A stretch of 64,000 bases of DNA from Candidatus Gottesmanbacteria bacterium (GCA_043798445.1 JAZDOQ010000027.1:1265-65264), one strand, 5' to 3'. Counted from the first letter of the stretch, positions 52,641 to 61,776 are shown. Made by a program: numbers and translations. Notes: a model not told the origin generated them from the letters alone.

Positions 52641-52985
52641 ATGGTAATTACAAAAACTACTCCGTTTACCTCAGAGGAAATTCAACAACTTCGGGAACAA
52701 TTCGACAGTTATATTAAAACCGTCATTGATATTGAAAAGAAGATTTGTTCAGCAGGATGTGATCGGCATTTTGAGTCGGAAAAGATATTTCTTGATCAAG
52801 GATCAAAACAGGGGAATGTTTGGGGTGGTGGAATCGATTTGGAGACAAAAACGGTAGATGGTAATTCATTCATAAATATTCGTCCCAGCCAAGGAAATAC
52901 AAGTAATGAAATACAAGATTCAGGTATTCGGAAGTCTTTTGAAGAACTAACTAAATATTTTTTTGATGAGATATATGGAAAATAA
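52641..52985 (+). CDS. hypothetical protein (114 aa) (cassette 7a)
   Basis: ORF with a TATAAT-like box about 10 nt upstream; no motif. Confidence 0.35.
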   Translation: MVITKTTPFTSEEIQQLREQFDSYIKTVIDIEKKICSAGCDRHFESEKIFLDQGSKQGNVWGGGIDLETKTVDGNSFINIRPSQGNTSNEIQDSGIRKSFEELTKYFFDEIYGK

Positions 52986-53223
52986 AATAGCATTAGCATC
53001 ACTTGCTATGGACTTAAAGCGTGTTGCGCTTGGACTTCATAGAAAATCAAATACCATGGCAAACCGATTTTTACATGAAGCTATGAAACGGAAAGATGAA
53101 GTGGATACAAAAAAACTCCATCCTTATATGCAACACATTTTTATGAAATTAAATGAACAACTTGATGCTGAAGATGCACTCATGTATAGTACCCGTATTC
53201 AAAACTACGTACTATACAAATAG
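52963..53223 (+). CDS. hypothetical protein (86 aa), overlaps the preceding ORF by 23 nt (cassette 7b)
   Basis: Overlapping small-gene pair; basic/helical sequence. Confidence 0.3.
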   Translation: MMRYMENKIALASLAMDLKRVALGLHRKSNTMANRFLHEAMKRKDEVDTKKLHPYMQHIFMKLNEQLDAEDALMYSTRIQNYVLYK

Positions 53224-53224
53224 A

Positions 53225-53280
53225 TGGTTCGAACATTTCCCTAAAGGCAAGCAAGCGTCTGTTGTGCGGAGCAATATAGA
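53225..53280 (+). repeat. cassette-boundary element F
   Basis: TGGTTCGAACATTTCCCTAAAGGCAAGCAAGCGTCTGTTGTGCGGAGCAATATAG, with the same GGTTCGAACAT...GCGGAGCAA pair. Confidence 0.6.
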
Positions 53281-53285
53281 TTACC

Positions 53286-53951
53286 GTGGTAAAATACACG
53301 TACTGTATGCGATTTAAAAACAGGGTAGAAGCAGGAAAAAAATTAGCCATCACTTTAAGAGAATATAGAAGAGAAAATGTTGTCGTATATGGTCTTCCCA
53401 GAGGCGGAGTGGTGTTAGCGTACGAAATCGCAAAATATCTGCGGTCTCCGCTTGAATTAATTATTATTCGTAAAATCGGTCATCCGTATTCTCCTGAATA
53501 TGCGGTGGGAGTTGTTGCACAAGACGGGTGTACTCTCTATAACGAAAAAGAAATCACATTGATAGATAAAGTCTGGTTAGAGAATGAAAGGGATATAAAA
53601 AGAAAAGAAGCTCAACGGAGGAGAGCGTTGTATAACGTTTGCGGAACTCCTGTATCAGCCGAAGGGAAAATAGCGATTCTCGTTGATGACGGTATCGCTA
53701 CAGGACTGACGGTAACAGTGGGGATTTTGGAACTCAACCATCAAAAACCCAAAAAAATGATAGTTGCTGTTCCTGTTTGCCCTAAAAGCTTTGCAGACGA
53801 AATAAAAGCAGAGGGATATGATTGTGTTGCTCTTGACACGCCGTTTCTTCATGCAGATGCGGTAAATGCGTATTATGAAGAATTTCCACAAGTGTCGGAT
53901 GAGGAGGTTATTCGTTTGATACGCCAAAACCATTCTACGACATATTTGTAA
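53286..53951 (+). CDS. phosphoribosyltransferase-domain protein (cassette 8; alternative start ATG 53307)
   Basis: PRPP-binding motif ILVDDGIATGLTV. Confidence 0.65.
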   Translation: MVKYTYCMRFKNRVEAGKKLAITLREYRRENVVVYGLPRGGVVLAYEIAKYLRSPLELIIIRKIGHPYSPEYAVGVVAQDGCTLYNEKEITLIDKVWLENERDIKRKEAQRRRALYNVCGTPVSAEGKIAILVDDGIATGLTVTVGILELNHQKPKKMIVAVPVCPKSFADEIKAEGYDCVALDTPFLHADAVNAYYEEFPQVSDEEVIRLIRQNHSTTYL

Positions 53952-53987
53952 GGAAATATCCTCGTATATAAATGGTATACTAAATTT

Positions 53988-54575
53988 ATGCGCCGTAAAC
54001 GACGTATCTATGCACACAACCATTTACACAAATGGAAGTATAAAAATATTACCCTGGCATTCATCGGGATATTGGTAGCAGTGCTCCTTTCCCAAATTGA
54101 AGGCTTTCATTCTTTTCTTACTCATCTAGGAGGATTTGGGTATATCGGAGCATTTGTTTCAGGGACGTTGTTTGTTTCAACATTTACAGTGGCGACCAGT
54201 GCGTTGGTTTTATTAACGCTTGCCGAAACAGTATCCCCCATAGAAATTGGCTTAATTGCAGGACTGGGTGCAGTTGTTGGTGATATGATTATTTTCCATT
54301 TCATAAAAGATAATTTGTCTTCTGAAATTGAAGATGTCTACAATAATTTTGACAGGAAAAAACATCTTAAAAAACTCTTTCACACAAAATATTTTAACTG
54401 GATGCTGCCAATTTTTGGAGCAATTATCATCGCTTCACCGCTTCCGGATGAATTAGGAGTAAGCATGATTGGCTTGTCAAAAATGAGTACGGTTCGATTT
54501 ATTCTTCTTTCGTATGTCCTCAATTCTATAGGAATATTTTTAGTTGTATCAGCGTCCTTGTTAATTAAACCATAA
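53988..54575 (+). CDS. hypothetical polytopic membrane protein
   Basis: 195 aa with about five hydrophobic helices. Confidence 0.35.
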   Translation: MRRKRRIYAHNHLHKWKYKNITLAFIGILVAVLLSQIEGFHSFLTHLGGFGYIGAFVSGTLFVSTFTVATSALVLLTLAETVSPIEIGLIAGLGAVVGDMIIFHFIKDNLSSEIEDVYNNFDRKKHLKKLFHTKYFNWMLPIFGAIIIASPLPDELGVSMIGLSKMSTVRFILLSYVLNSIGIFLVVSASLLIKP

Positions 54576-54580
54576 AAAAT

Positions 54581-57019
54581 ATGTTTCCAAATGAACAAGG
54601 ATTATCTAAGGAAGAAATAATGAAGAGACAGCAACAGTATGGTCTTAACGTTCTTCCTGAAAAACCGCCACCAAGTCAACTATCCCTTGTTGTTGCACAA
54701 TTAAAAAGTCCGCTTGTTTATATTCTGTTGATTGCAGCACTCGTAACGATCGCAATAGGACATATAACTGATGCATGTATCATTCTTGTTGCCGTTCTTC
54801 TCAACACGTTTCTGGGGTATATTCAAGAACGACGTGCAACGAATGCGCTATTCGCTCTTAAAAAATATGTAACTCACACATCCGTTGTCATACGGGAGGG
54901 GAAGCGAATGACAGTACGCACAACTGATATAGTCCCCGGTGACATTGTTATATTGGACCAGGGAGTCAAGATTCCTGCTGACGGAATACTTCTTTTTGCC
55001 AATCGGCTCTATATTGACGAATCTCTTTTAACCGGCGAAAGTGTACCTGTTAATAAAAAGAAGGATGATGAAGTGTCTATGGGCACTATTGTTGCTTCAG
55101 GACAGGGGATGATACGCGTTGAGACAATAGGTGCACAGACCAAAATGGGAACAATAGCAATGCACATCCAACAGGATGAGGAAGATACACCATTGCAACG
55201 TCAATTGAAGAAATTCAGCAAACAATTAGTTATGGTGATTGGAATACTCATCACATCGGTGTTGCTTCTTGGTATTATTTACCAGTTTAGCCTGACTGAA
55301 ATATTTGTAATATCTGTTGCTCTTGCGGTATCAAGTATTCCTGAGGGGCTGTTAGTGTCACTGACGGTTGTTCTTGCCATCGGCATGCAAAAAATAGTGA
55401 GGCACCGCGGACTCGTGAGGAAACTATCAGCAGCAGAGACACTCGGCGGGGTAACCGTTATTTGTGTTGATAAAACGGGCACTCTAACACAAGGAAAAAT
55501 GACAGTTGTTGATCATTTAGGTGATGAAAAAGAATTGGCAAAGCAGACACTTCTGGCAAACGATTTAGATGATCCCATGATTATTTCTGCATTTACATGG
55601 GGAAGAACTATCATTAAAGATTTTGTCTCTGAACATCAACGTCTTGACAGTATTCCGTTTTCGCCAAAAGAACGGTTTTTTATAAGTCTTCATACCTGGA
55701 CAGATACAACAAATATGATTTTTGTCAACGGCGCTCCAGAGTTGCTCCTTTCGTGGTCAAATACAACAGAAAGTGAAAAGAATGAAATGCGTGAAACAAT
55801 TGAAACACTGACAAAACAAGGAAAACGATTGATTGGATTTGCACGAAAAGAGGTGGGTAATACAAAAAAAATCATAGAACAGGATGATGCAAAAGAGGGA
55901 TTAACGTGGGTGGGGTTATTAGCGTTTTCAGACCCCGTACGCTTAGGAGTGAAAGAGGCATTGGATATAGCAAAAACTGCTGGTATAAAAACAATTGTTA
56001 TTACTGGTGATTATCCAAAAACATCAGAATTTGTTTTGTCAGAGCTTGGTATGCCGGTTGATGAAAAAGAAATCATTCTAGGAGAGGAGCTTGAAAACAG
56101 TACACCCGATATATTAAAAGAAAAAGTGAAAATAATACGGTTATTTGCCAGAACTACCCCTGATCAAAAATTACTGATTGTGGACGCATTGAAAAAGAAT
56201 GGAGAAATTGTTGCCATGATGGGAGACGGAGTAAATGATGCACCAGCCCTCCATAAAGCTGATATAGGTATTGTTGTAGGAGAAGCGACAGATGTTGCCA
56301 AAGAATCGGCAGACCTAGTGCTTCTTGATTCAAACTTTTCAACGATCGTGAAAGCAATAGAGGAGGGAAGATCAATGTTTGAAAATATAAGAAAGATTAT
56401 TTTATATCTCATGAGTGATGCGTTTGCGGAGATTATCGTTATTATCGGAGGTATCATACTTGGTCTGCCTCTTCCTCTTACTGCTGTGCAGATTTTGTGG
56501 ATTAATTTGGTGTCTGATGGATTTCCTAATCTTTCATTGACCATTGATCCAAAACGACGCGACCTCATGAAGGAACACCCAAGAAATCCAAAAGAACGGT
56601 TGGTAAACAGATGGATGATGGTGCTTCTTGGCACCGTAAGCACTGTGGCGGGATTGTTGGCATTATCATCGTTCGTTGTGATATATAACATATCAGGAAG
56701 TGTGATGCTGGCACGGTCATTTACATTTATTGTGCTTGGGTTAAACTCTCTAACATACGTATTTTCCGTACGCGTGCTGATGATGCCATTTTGGAAAAAT
56801 CATGTATTTGAAAATAAATGGCTGGTTTTAGCTGTTGGAGCTGGATTCTGTTTGCAAGTTGTTCCGTTCCTTACTCCATCGCTACGGCAATTTTTTGGAT
56901 TGACACACCTTTCTTTTTCATATTGGATTACAGCAATAGCGTTATCTATAACGATGTTTTTTGTGATAGAAATATTTAAACTGGTGTATCGATATAGAAG
57001 AGTAAAAAGACGATCGTGA
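54581..57019 (+). CDS. P-type cation-transporting ATPase (P2-type, Ca2+/Mg2+-like)
   Basis: Phosphorylation motif CVDKTGTLTQG, TGDYP, hinge MMGDGVNDAPAL, about 10 TM helices; 812 aa. Confidence 0.85.
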   Translation: MFPNEQGLSKEEIMKRQQQYGLNVLPEKPPPSQLSLVVAQLKSPLVYILLIAALVTIAIGHITDACIILVAVLLNTFLGYIQERRATNALFALKKYVTHTSVVIREGKRMTVRTTDIVPGDIVILDQGVKIPADGILLFANRLYIDESLLTGESVPVNKKKDDEVSMGTIVASGQGMIRVETIGAQTKMGTIAMHIQQDEEDTPLQRQLKKFSKQLVMVIGILITSVLLLGIIYQFSLTEIFVISVALAVSSIPEGLLVSLTVVLAIGMQKIVRHRGLVRKLSAAETLGGVTVICVDKTGTLTQGKMTVVDHLGDEKELAKQTLLANDLDDPMIISAFTWGRTIIKDFVSEHQRLDSIPFSPKERFFISLHTWTDTTNMIFVNGAPELLLSWSNTTESEKNEMRETIETLTKQGKRLIGFARKEVGNTKKIIEQDDAKEGLTWVGLLAFSDPVRLGVKEALDIAKTAGIKTIVITGDYPKTSEFVLSELGMPVDEKEIILGEELENSTPDILKEKVKIIRLFARTTPDQKLLIVDALKKNGEIVAMMGDGVNDAPALHKADIGIVVGEATDVAKESADLVLLDSNFSTIVKAIEEGRSMFENIRKIILYLMSDAFAEIIVIIGGIILGLPLPLTAVQILWINLVSDGFPNLSLTIDPKRRDLMKEHPRNPKERLVNRWMMVLLGTVSTVAGLLALSSFVVIYNISGSVMLARSFTFIVLGLNSLTYVFSVRVLMMPFWKNHVFENKWLVLAVGAGFCLQVVPFLTPSLRQFFGLTHLSFSYWITAIALSITMFFVIEIFKLVYRYRRVKRRS

Positions 57020-57100
57020 TGATTTTGTGAGATGCGCTCATTGGCGTATGCTGTATACTGAATGTATACGAAAAAACACAAGAATTTTTTTCAACATATC

Positions 57101-57859
57101 ATGGTTAAGCATCCTTTTGCCTTCACGCTGATTGAAATTTTATTAGTTGTCACAATTATTGGTATTATTGCACCAACTGCATATCTTGGAGTGTCCTCAT
57201 ATTTTGCCCAAGCACATGATTTTCAAAGAAAAAAGGATTTAAAAGATCTCGAAGTTGTTATGGAATATTACTATGATGCGGCAACCGCATACCCCTCTGC
57301 CATACCAGCGTGCGGTAAACCGCTTATGTATAACGATAAAGTCATTCTTGATTCATTTCCGTGTGATCCAACAACAAATGAGCCGTACACCTATCTCACT
57401 GATGAATTAACGCAATATCAATGGTACAAAATTTATACACATTTGGAGCGAAATGCAGATCAATCCATTCCGCTTATCGGGTGTTCTGATGGATGCGGAC
57501 CGGAATGTGCATATAACTTTGGCGTTGCGAGCTCAAACATATCTATTACTGCGTGTGTTTGGTCAGGACCGGATATTTCACCAAGACCAACGGAAGAACC
57601 AACAGAAACACCACAACCAACCATACAAACGGATCCATCGAACTATCCAGCAGAACCAACGCTGTCACCAGCGCCGACACCGGCGTATTCGAATTATGTT
57701 TGTGCGCCCGGCGGCGGCCAGCTGGGATTTTGCGAAGTGTTTGATGATCCCGATCGGAGCTTATGTCCGTTTGTTTATCTTGATGACCCGACCTGTCAGA
57801 ATAAATGCGACGATAAAAATAATCGGTGCAAAAATTCCTCAGGAAAATATATACCGTAA
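57101..57859 (+). CDS. type IV pilin-like (prepilin N-terminal methylation motif) protein with Cys-rich, Pro/Thr-rich C-terminus
   Basis: FAFTLIEILLVVTIIGIIA class-III signal/pilin N-terminus. The C-terminus has about 14 Cys and the linker PRPTEEPTETPQPTIQTDPSNYPAEPTLSPAPTP. Confidence 0.5.
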   Translation: MVKHPFAFTLIEILLVVTIIGIIAPTAYLGVSSYFAQAHDFQRKKDLKDLEVVMEYYYDAATAYPSAIPACGKPLMYNDKVILDSFPCDPTTNEPYTYLTDELTQYQWYKIYTHLERNADQSIPLIGCSDGCGPECAYNFGVASSNISITACVWSGPDISPRPTEEPTETPQPTIQTDPSNYPAEPTLSPAPTPAYSNYVCAPGGGQLGFCEVFDDPDRSLCPFVYLDDPTCQNKCDDKNNRCKNSSGKYIP

Positions 57860-57871
57860 TAAGCTGTATGT

Positions 57872-58303
57872 TTACTGATATTTCTTTGCAAATTCACCAA
57901 ACCAATCTATTGGTTTTTGATCCTCCGCTTTTCCGTTGTAATTGACCGTAATTTCTTCACCTGTTTTTATATTCCTGACCGCTTGATAGATCATTGTTTT
58001 TGCGTGGAAATCCTGTTTCCACTGGGTATTTGGTGTAAACGAGTGATTGTAGATTGAACCGTATCCAAGAACCATAGCGCCACACCTCATGCTCGTCCAG
58101 GGATAGAGATAATAAGCAAGAATGGTGTGTTCACAGTGAGTCCGTTCTTTGGGGGAAAGATATACGATAGGGCATGTTTCAATGATTTCCCCTTTCACAA
58201 AATTTTTTCCTGCAAAAACACCACGCCCTTTTTTACCAGTCTCTTTTACAACGACTGATAAATTCATGGAAATAGATGATGAAACATCAGAGCCACCGGA
58301 CAT
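57872..58303 (-). CDS. SET-domain protein (putative protein-lysine methyltransferase)
   Basis: GRGVFAGKNFVKGEII ... NHSFTPN (the NHSCxPN motif) ... EEITVNY (the ELTxDY-like motif). Confidence 0.6.
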   Translation of the reverse strand: MSGGSDVSSSISMNLSVVVKETGKKGRGVFAGKNFVKGEIIETCPIVYLSPKERTHCEHTILAYYLYPWTSMRCGAMVLGYGSIYNHSFTPNTQWKQDFHAKTMIYQAVRNIKTGEEITVNYNGKAEDQKPIDWFGEFAKKYQ

Positions 58304-58778
58304 ACGTGCATCCCGTTGCTTGTTTTTTTTCGCGATCCCATCCTGCAGTTGAACATTTCTTCATTTTTTTGCCTGATGCTGTTGTGTACAATACAAGTTT
58401 TTCAGCGCATTCCGGACATTCTTCATCAAGCGGTTCTGTTGTACCATTAATCCATTCAACATAGTCACATCCTGTCACCTGTTTTTTTGTTGCATCCCAA
58501 CCACCAGTTGAACATTTTTTCATTTTCTTTCCAAAACGTGTCATGGAAAGAACGAGCGGGGCATCACACTTTGGACATGTTTCCTCAAGTGTTTGTGGCT
58601 CAAAGGGAAGCCAAAGAACGTAATCACACCCGTCAATTTTTTTTGTATCTGTATTCCACATGCCCGCGTTACAGCGTCGTAGTTTTTTTCCGGAACCTGT
58701 GATAACGATCTCACTGAGGTTGCTGCCGCATTTTGGACACGTTTCTTGTGTGTTAGTTGGATGTTGTTGTGTATTCAT
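58287..58778 (-). CDS. protein of three tandem topoisomerase-type C4 zinc-ribbon repeats
   Basis: Three ~50-aa repeats CPKCGS...RRCNAGMW...GCDYVLW / CPKCDA...KKCSTGGW...GCDYVEW / CPECAE...KKCSTAGW...GCTYVRW. The 3' end overlaps the SET-domain gene start by 17 nt. Confidence 0.5.
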   Translation of the reverse strand: MNTQQHPTNTQETCPKCGSNLSEIVITGSGKKLRRCNAGMWNTDTKKIDGCDYVLWLPFEPQTLEETCPKCDAPLVLSMTRFGKKMKKCSTGGWDATKKQVTGCDYVEWINGTTEPLDEECPECAEKLVLYTTASGKKMKKCSTAGWDREKKQATGCTYVRWL

Positions 58779-58897
58779 ATTGTCATACTATAGCATGGAT
58801 ATTTCAAAAAATGTATGGAGAAAAATTTTTATGCGTATATCTCCTCTTAACAAATGTGATGTCTATTGGTTATACTCTAATAACCAAAATGTGACAT

Positions 58898-59503
58898 ATG
58901 ATTACAGAGCTCATTTTTGATGTTGAAACAAAAAAGTTATTTAGCGATATAACAACGGATGACCCGGGAGAGTTGGGGGTGTCAGTTGTTTCTGTGTACA
59001 GAAGAACATTAAACACCGCACTTGAAGAAATTGAAGGCGAAATGAGGAGTTTTTGGGAAAAGGATTTTTTTTCGATGTGGCCATGGTTTGTGAAAGCAGA
59101 TAGAATAATCGGGTTTAATTCATTAAAATTTGATGTTCCGGCACTCAGGCCGTATGCGCCAGTAACGTTTTCTACATTGAAACACTTCGATATTATGGAA
59201 TTAGTCCGCCAAAAACTCGGAAGACGAATTGGACTGAGCGCGCTTACAAAAGATACATTAGGAAATGAAAAAACCGATGTTGGTACCAACGCAGTTATCT
59301 ATTGGACGAAAGGCGACCCAGTCAATTTACGTAAATTACAAACATATTGTGAAGCGGATGTTGTGTTAACCCGAGATCTCTATGATTTTGGAAGGAAGAA
59401 TAAATACCTCAAATATCGTGATAAATGGAATAATATTGTAACCATTGATATAGATTTTTCATACCCAATTAAAAAAGAAGAACCTCAAATAGGATTATTT
59501 TAA
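58898..59503 (+). CDS. RNase H-like fold / DEDD-type 3'-5' exonuclease-like protein
   Basis: IFDVET (Exo I-like DxE) and IIGFNSLKFDVP (Exo II-like); 201 aa. Confidence 0.4.
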   Translation: MITELIFDVETKKLFSDITTDDPGELGVSVVSVYRRTLNTALEEIEGEMRSFWEKDFFSMWPWFVKADRIIGFNSLKFDVPALRPYAPVTFSTLKHFDIMELVRQKLGRRIGLSALTKDTLGNEKTDVGTNAVIYWTKGDPVNLRKLQTYCEADVVLTRDLYDFGRKNKYLKYRDKWNNIVTIDIDFSYPIKKEEPQIGLF

Positions 59504-60298
59504 TGCAAGTAGGCGTTTAATTGCATCTATCTTCTTTTCTGTTTCGTCAATGCCAAGTTGGATGGTTGGTCCACCGTGAACTGATTCTGTAATATTTTTT
59601 GGTGTTACGCGCGGCTCTATAATGATATCTGCGTACTTACTATTTTCTTTTGCTAAACTATACCGCAAACTGTTGATTGTTGACCACGCGACGGAGATTG
59701 ACGACGGTTGTTTTTGCGGTTGATTTGATTCTTTATTGACAAGATATGCATCACAATTAACTGCAATGACGATATCAGCCCCCATGCCACGTACAACTGA
59801 TGCGGGAACAGGCAGCGATATCCCGCCATCCATGAGGTATGAATTATCGATTTTCATAGGTTGAAAAAGCAGAGGGACTGAACTACTTGCGCGTACAGCA
59901 TTAATCAGATCTCCGTGTTTGATAATAACCGGTTCACCAGATGCAACATTTGTAGCCACAGCCGCAAAAGGAAGAGAAAGAGATTCTATAGTGCGTTTCC
60001 CTATATAATGTGCCAAAAATTCAATAGCACGTTGCCCTTTTATAACACCGGAAGAAAAGGCTGCATCGGTAAGAATCCATGCCAAGTCACGATAGCCAAA
60101 AGCTTCCACAATCGCTTCCACCTTGTTAATATCTCCAAGCGCTGCGAATACGCCGCCAATGACGGATCCTGCGCTGGTTCCTGCAATCATATCAATGGGG
60201 ATTTGGTGAGCAAGAAGGGTTTTAATAACACCAATATGAACGAGTCCTCGTACACCACCACTGCCAAGCGCAAGTCCAACCATTTTTCGTTTCTTCAT
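59495..60298 (-). CDS. patatin-like phospholipase
   Basis: GLALGSGGVRGLVHIGV (GxGxxG) and GTSAGSVIG (GxSxG), plus a DGG region. Confidence 0.8.
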   Translation of the reverse strand: MKKRKMVGLALGSGGVRGLVHIGVIKTLLAHQIPIDMIAGTSAGSVIGGVFAALGDINKVEAIVEAFGYRDLAWILTDAAFSSGVIKGQRAIEFLAHYIGKRTIESLSLPFAAVATNVASGEPVIIKHGDLINAVRASSSVPLLFQPMKIDNSYLMDGGISLPVPASVVRGMGADIVIAVNCDAYLVNKESNQPQKQPSSISVAWSTINSLRYSLAKENSKYADIIIEPRVTPKNITESVHGGPTIQLGIDETEKKIDAIKRLLALK

Positions 60299-60314
60299 AT
60301 GGATAGTATATCAA

Positions 60315-61088
60315 TTATGTGAGAACAAAAAAGTAGAAAACACCCGCAAGAACAATACGATACACTGCAAATGGTAAGAATGAATTATTTTTTACAAATC
60401 GAAGGAATGTTTTAATTGCAAGAAGCGCCGTTACAAAAGATGTGACAAGTCCAACGGTAAGAAGTAATACCGTTGAAGTGTTGATGATAATAGGAGATTT
60501 TAATACATCAAGTCCAACCGCCGCTATCATTGTTGGAATAGCAAGAAGAAATGAAAATTCAACAGAAAGCTCTCTGGAGAGTCCTGTCAGTAGCCCGCTA
60601 CATATTGATGCTGCAGACCGTGATACTCCCGGAATCATGGAAAATGTTTGGCCAATTCCTATACATATCGCCTGTTTAGGGGTAATCTGTTCAAGCACTG
60701 TTGTTTTTCGCGGGAACCTTTTAACGGCATTCTCAATAAGAAAAAATGCAATACCGCCAATGCATAAAGAAGCAACAACAACAAACGGATTTCCTAATAG
60801 ATAGTGTTTGACAATTTTATAGAGCAAAAATCCAATAATTGCTGTTGGAATAAATGCAAACAATAATGGTTTCCACAGGAATCGTTTTGATAGGAGGGTC
60901 CGTGCGTACAAAACAACGGCAGCAGCAATTGCTCCAAGCTGAATAATGATTTCAAACGATGTTAAAAAATCTGTTTGAGGAATCGCAAATAGTTTTCCGA
61001 ATAAAATCATGTGTCCTGTTGATGAAACCGGTAAAAATTCCGTAATTCCTTCGACGAATCCAAGAAGCAGTGCGTGAATAAGATTCAT
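60315..61088 (-). CDS. uppP: undecaprenyl-diphosphate phosphatase (BacA/UppP)
   Basis: LLGFVEGITEFLPVSSTGHMIL N-terminal signature, polytopic; 257 aa. Confidence 0.85.
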   Translation of the reverse strand: MNLIHALLLGFVEGITEFLPVSSTGHMILFGKLFAIPQTDFLTSFEIIIQLGAIAAAVVLYARTLLSKRFLWKPLLFAFIPTAIIGFLLYKIVKHYLLGNPFVVVASLCIGGIAFFLIENAVKRFPRKTTVLEQITPKQAICIGIGQTFSMIPGVSRSAASICSGLLTGLSRELSVEFSFLLAIPTMIAAVGLDVLKSPIIINTSTVLLLTVGLVTSFVTALLAIKTFLRFVKNNSFLPFAVYRIVLAGVFYFFVLT

Positions 61089-61102
61089 AGAAGAATACTA
61101 TT

Positions 61103-61297
61103 TTATGTAATTACCTCAATTGCAGCATTTGGACAAGCAGCGGCAGCTTCTCTAGCAAGTTTTTCATCAACTTCAGTATATGTTGATGGATCCTTTTTGA
61201 TTGCAACAATACCGGTATCAATGGAAAAAAGCTCAGGTGCAATGGATGAACACATGCCGCATGATAAACATTTGTCTGTATGAACAGTGATAATCAT
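61103..61297 (-). CDS. small single-cluster ferredoxin
   Basis: CLSCGMC ... ACPNAAI (CxxCxxC...CP). The start was set to MIITVHTDKC (ATG 61295-61297). Confidence 0.55.
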   Translation of the reverse strand: MIITVHTDKCLSCGMCSSIAPELFSIDTGIVAIKKDPSTYTEVDEKLAREAAAACPNAAIEVIT

Positions 61298-61308
61298 ATG
61301 CCTCCTCC

Positions 61309-61725
61309 TTATATTTTTATTCGATACCGTTTTATGTGTGTGGCGCCCGTTGTCAATTGTGCTGTGATGGTGAGTGTTGCTTGAGAAATGTTGTAATGCG
61401 GTGTGCATACCCCATGGCTGCACGTACCGAAATAGAGATCGCGTGAATCAGACACAAGACCAGTTGTTTGCACTGTTCCCATTGCGCCCTGAGTGATGCC
61501 ATTTGCTACATACCGTAACTCATATAAAATTCGTTTTACAGTACCTAAATTTTGAAACGTTACAACAACACTGTTGGTTGATCGAGACAGTTTTGCTGTT
61601 GAGTATGAAACACTTCTTTGCCCTGAAACCGTTGCCTTTTTAACCCGTAGTTTTGCTGCATACATAGGAGACACAAGAAGGAAGCAAAAAATAACGCCTA
61701 AAATAGCTCGCGAAGCATACTTCAT
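61309..61725 (-). CDS. secreted hypothetical protein
   Basis: Signal peptide MKYASRAILGVIFCFLLVSPMYAAK; 138 aa. Confidence 0.4.
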   Translation of the reverse strand: MKYASRAILGVIFCFLLVSPMYAAKLRVKKATVSGQRSVSYSTAKLSRSTNSVVVTFQNLGTVKRILYELRYVANGITQGAMGTVQTTGLVSDSRDLYFGTCSHGVCTPHYNISQATLTITAQLTTGATHIKRYRIKI

Positions 61726-61776
61726 AATAGCTCATATTATATACCGCATATAGAAAATTTGGTAGAATGATCCTAT

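Noticed and set aside
48339-53280. Canonical integron attC identity for the cassette-boundary repeats
   Set aside because: The core sites do not match RYYYAAC/GTTRRRY exactly, and no intI/attI/Pc is present in the window. They are reported as integron-like/tRNA-derived, not as a classical integron.
53952-53987. ATCCTCG heptamer after the PRTase gene as a further tRNA-end repeat
   Set aside because: Only 7 nt match, and the companion motifs (GTTCGAACAT, CGGAGCAA) are absent; this is probably the end of the array or chance.
57453-57878. 141-aa plus-strand ORF overlapping the pilin-like gene in another frame
   Set aside because: His/Arg/Gln-rich shadow ORF of the Pro/Thr-rich linker region with no independent support.
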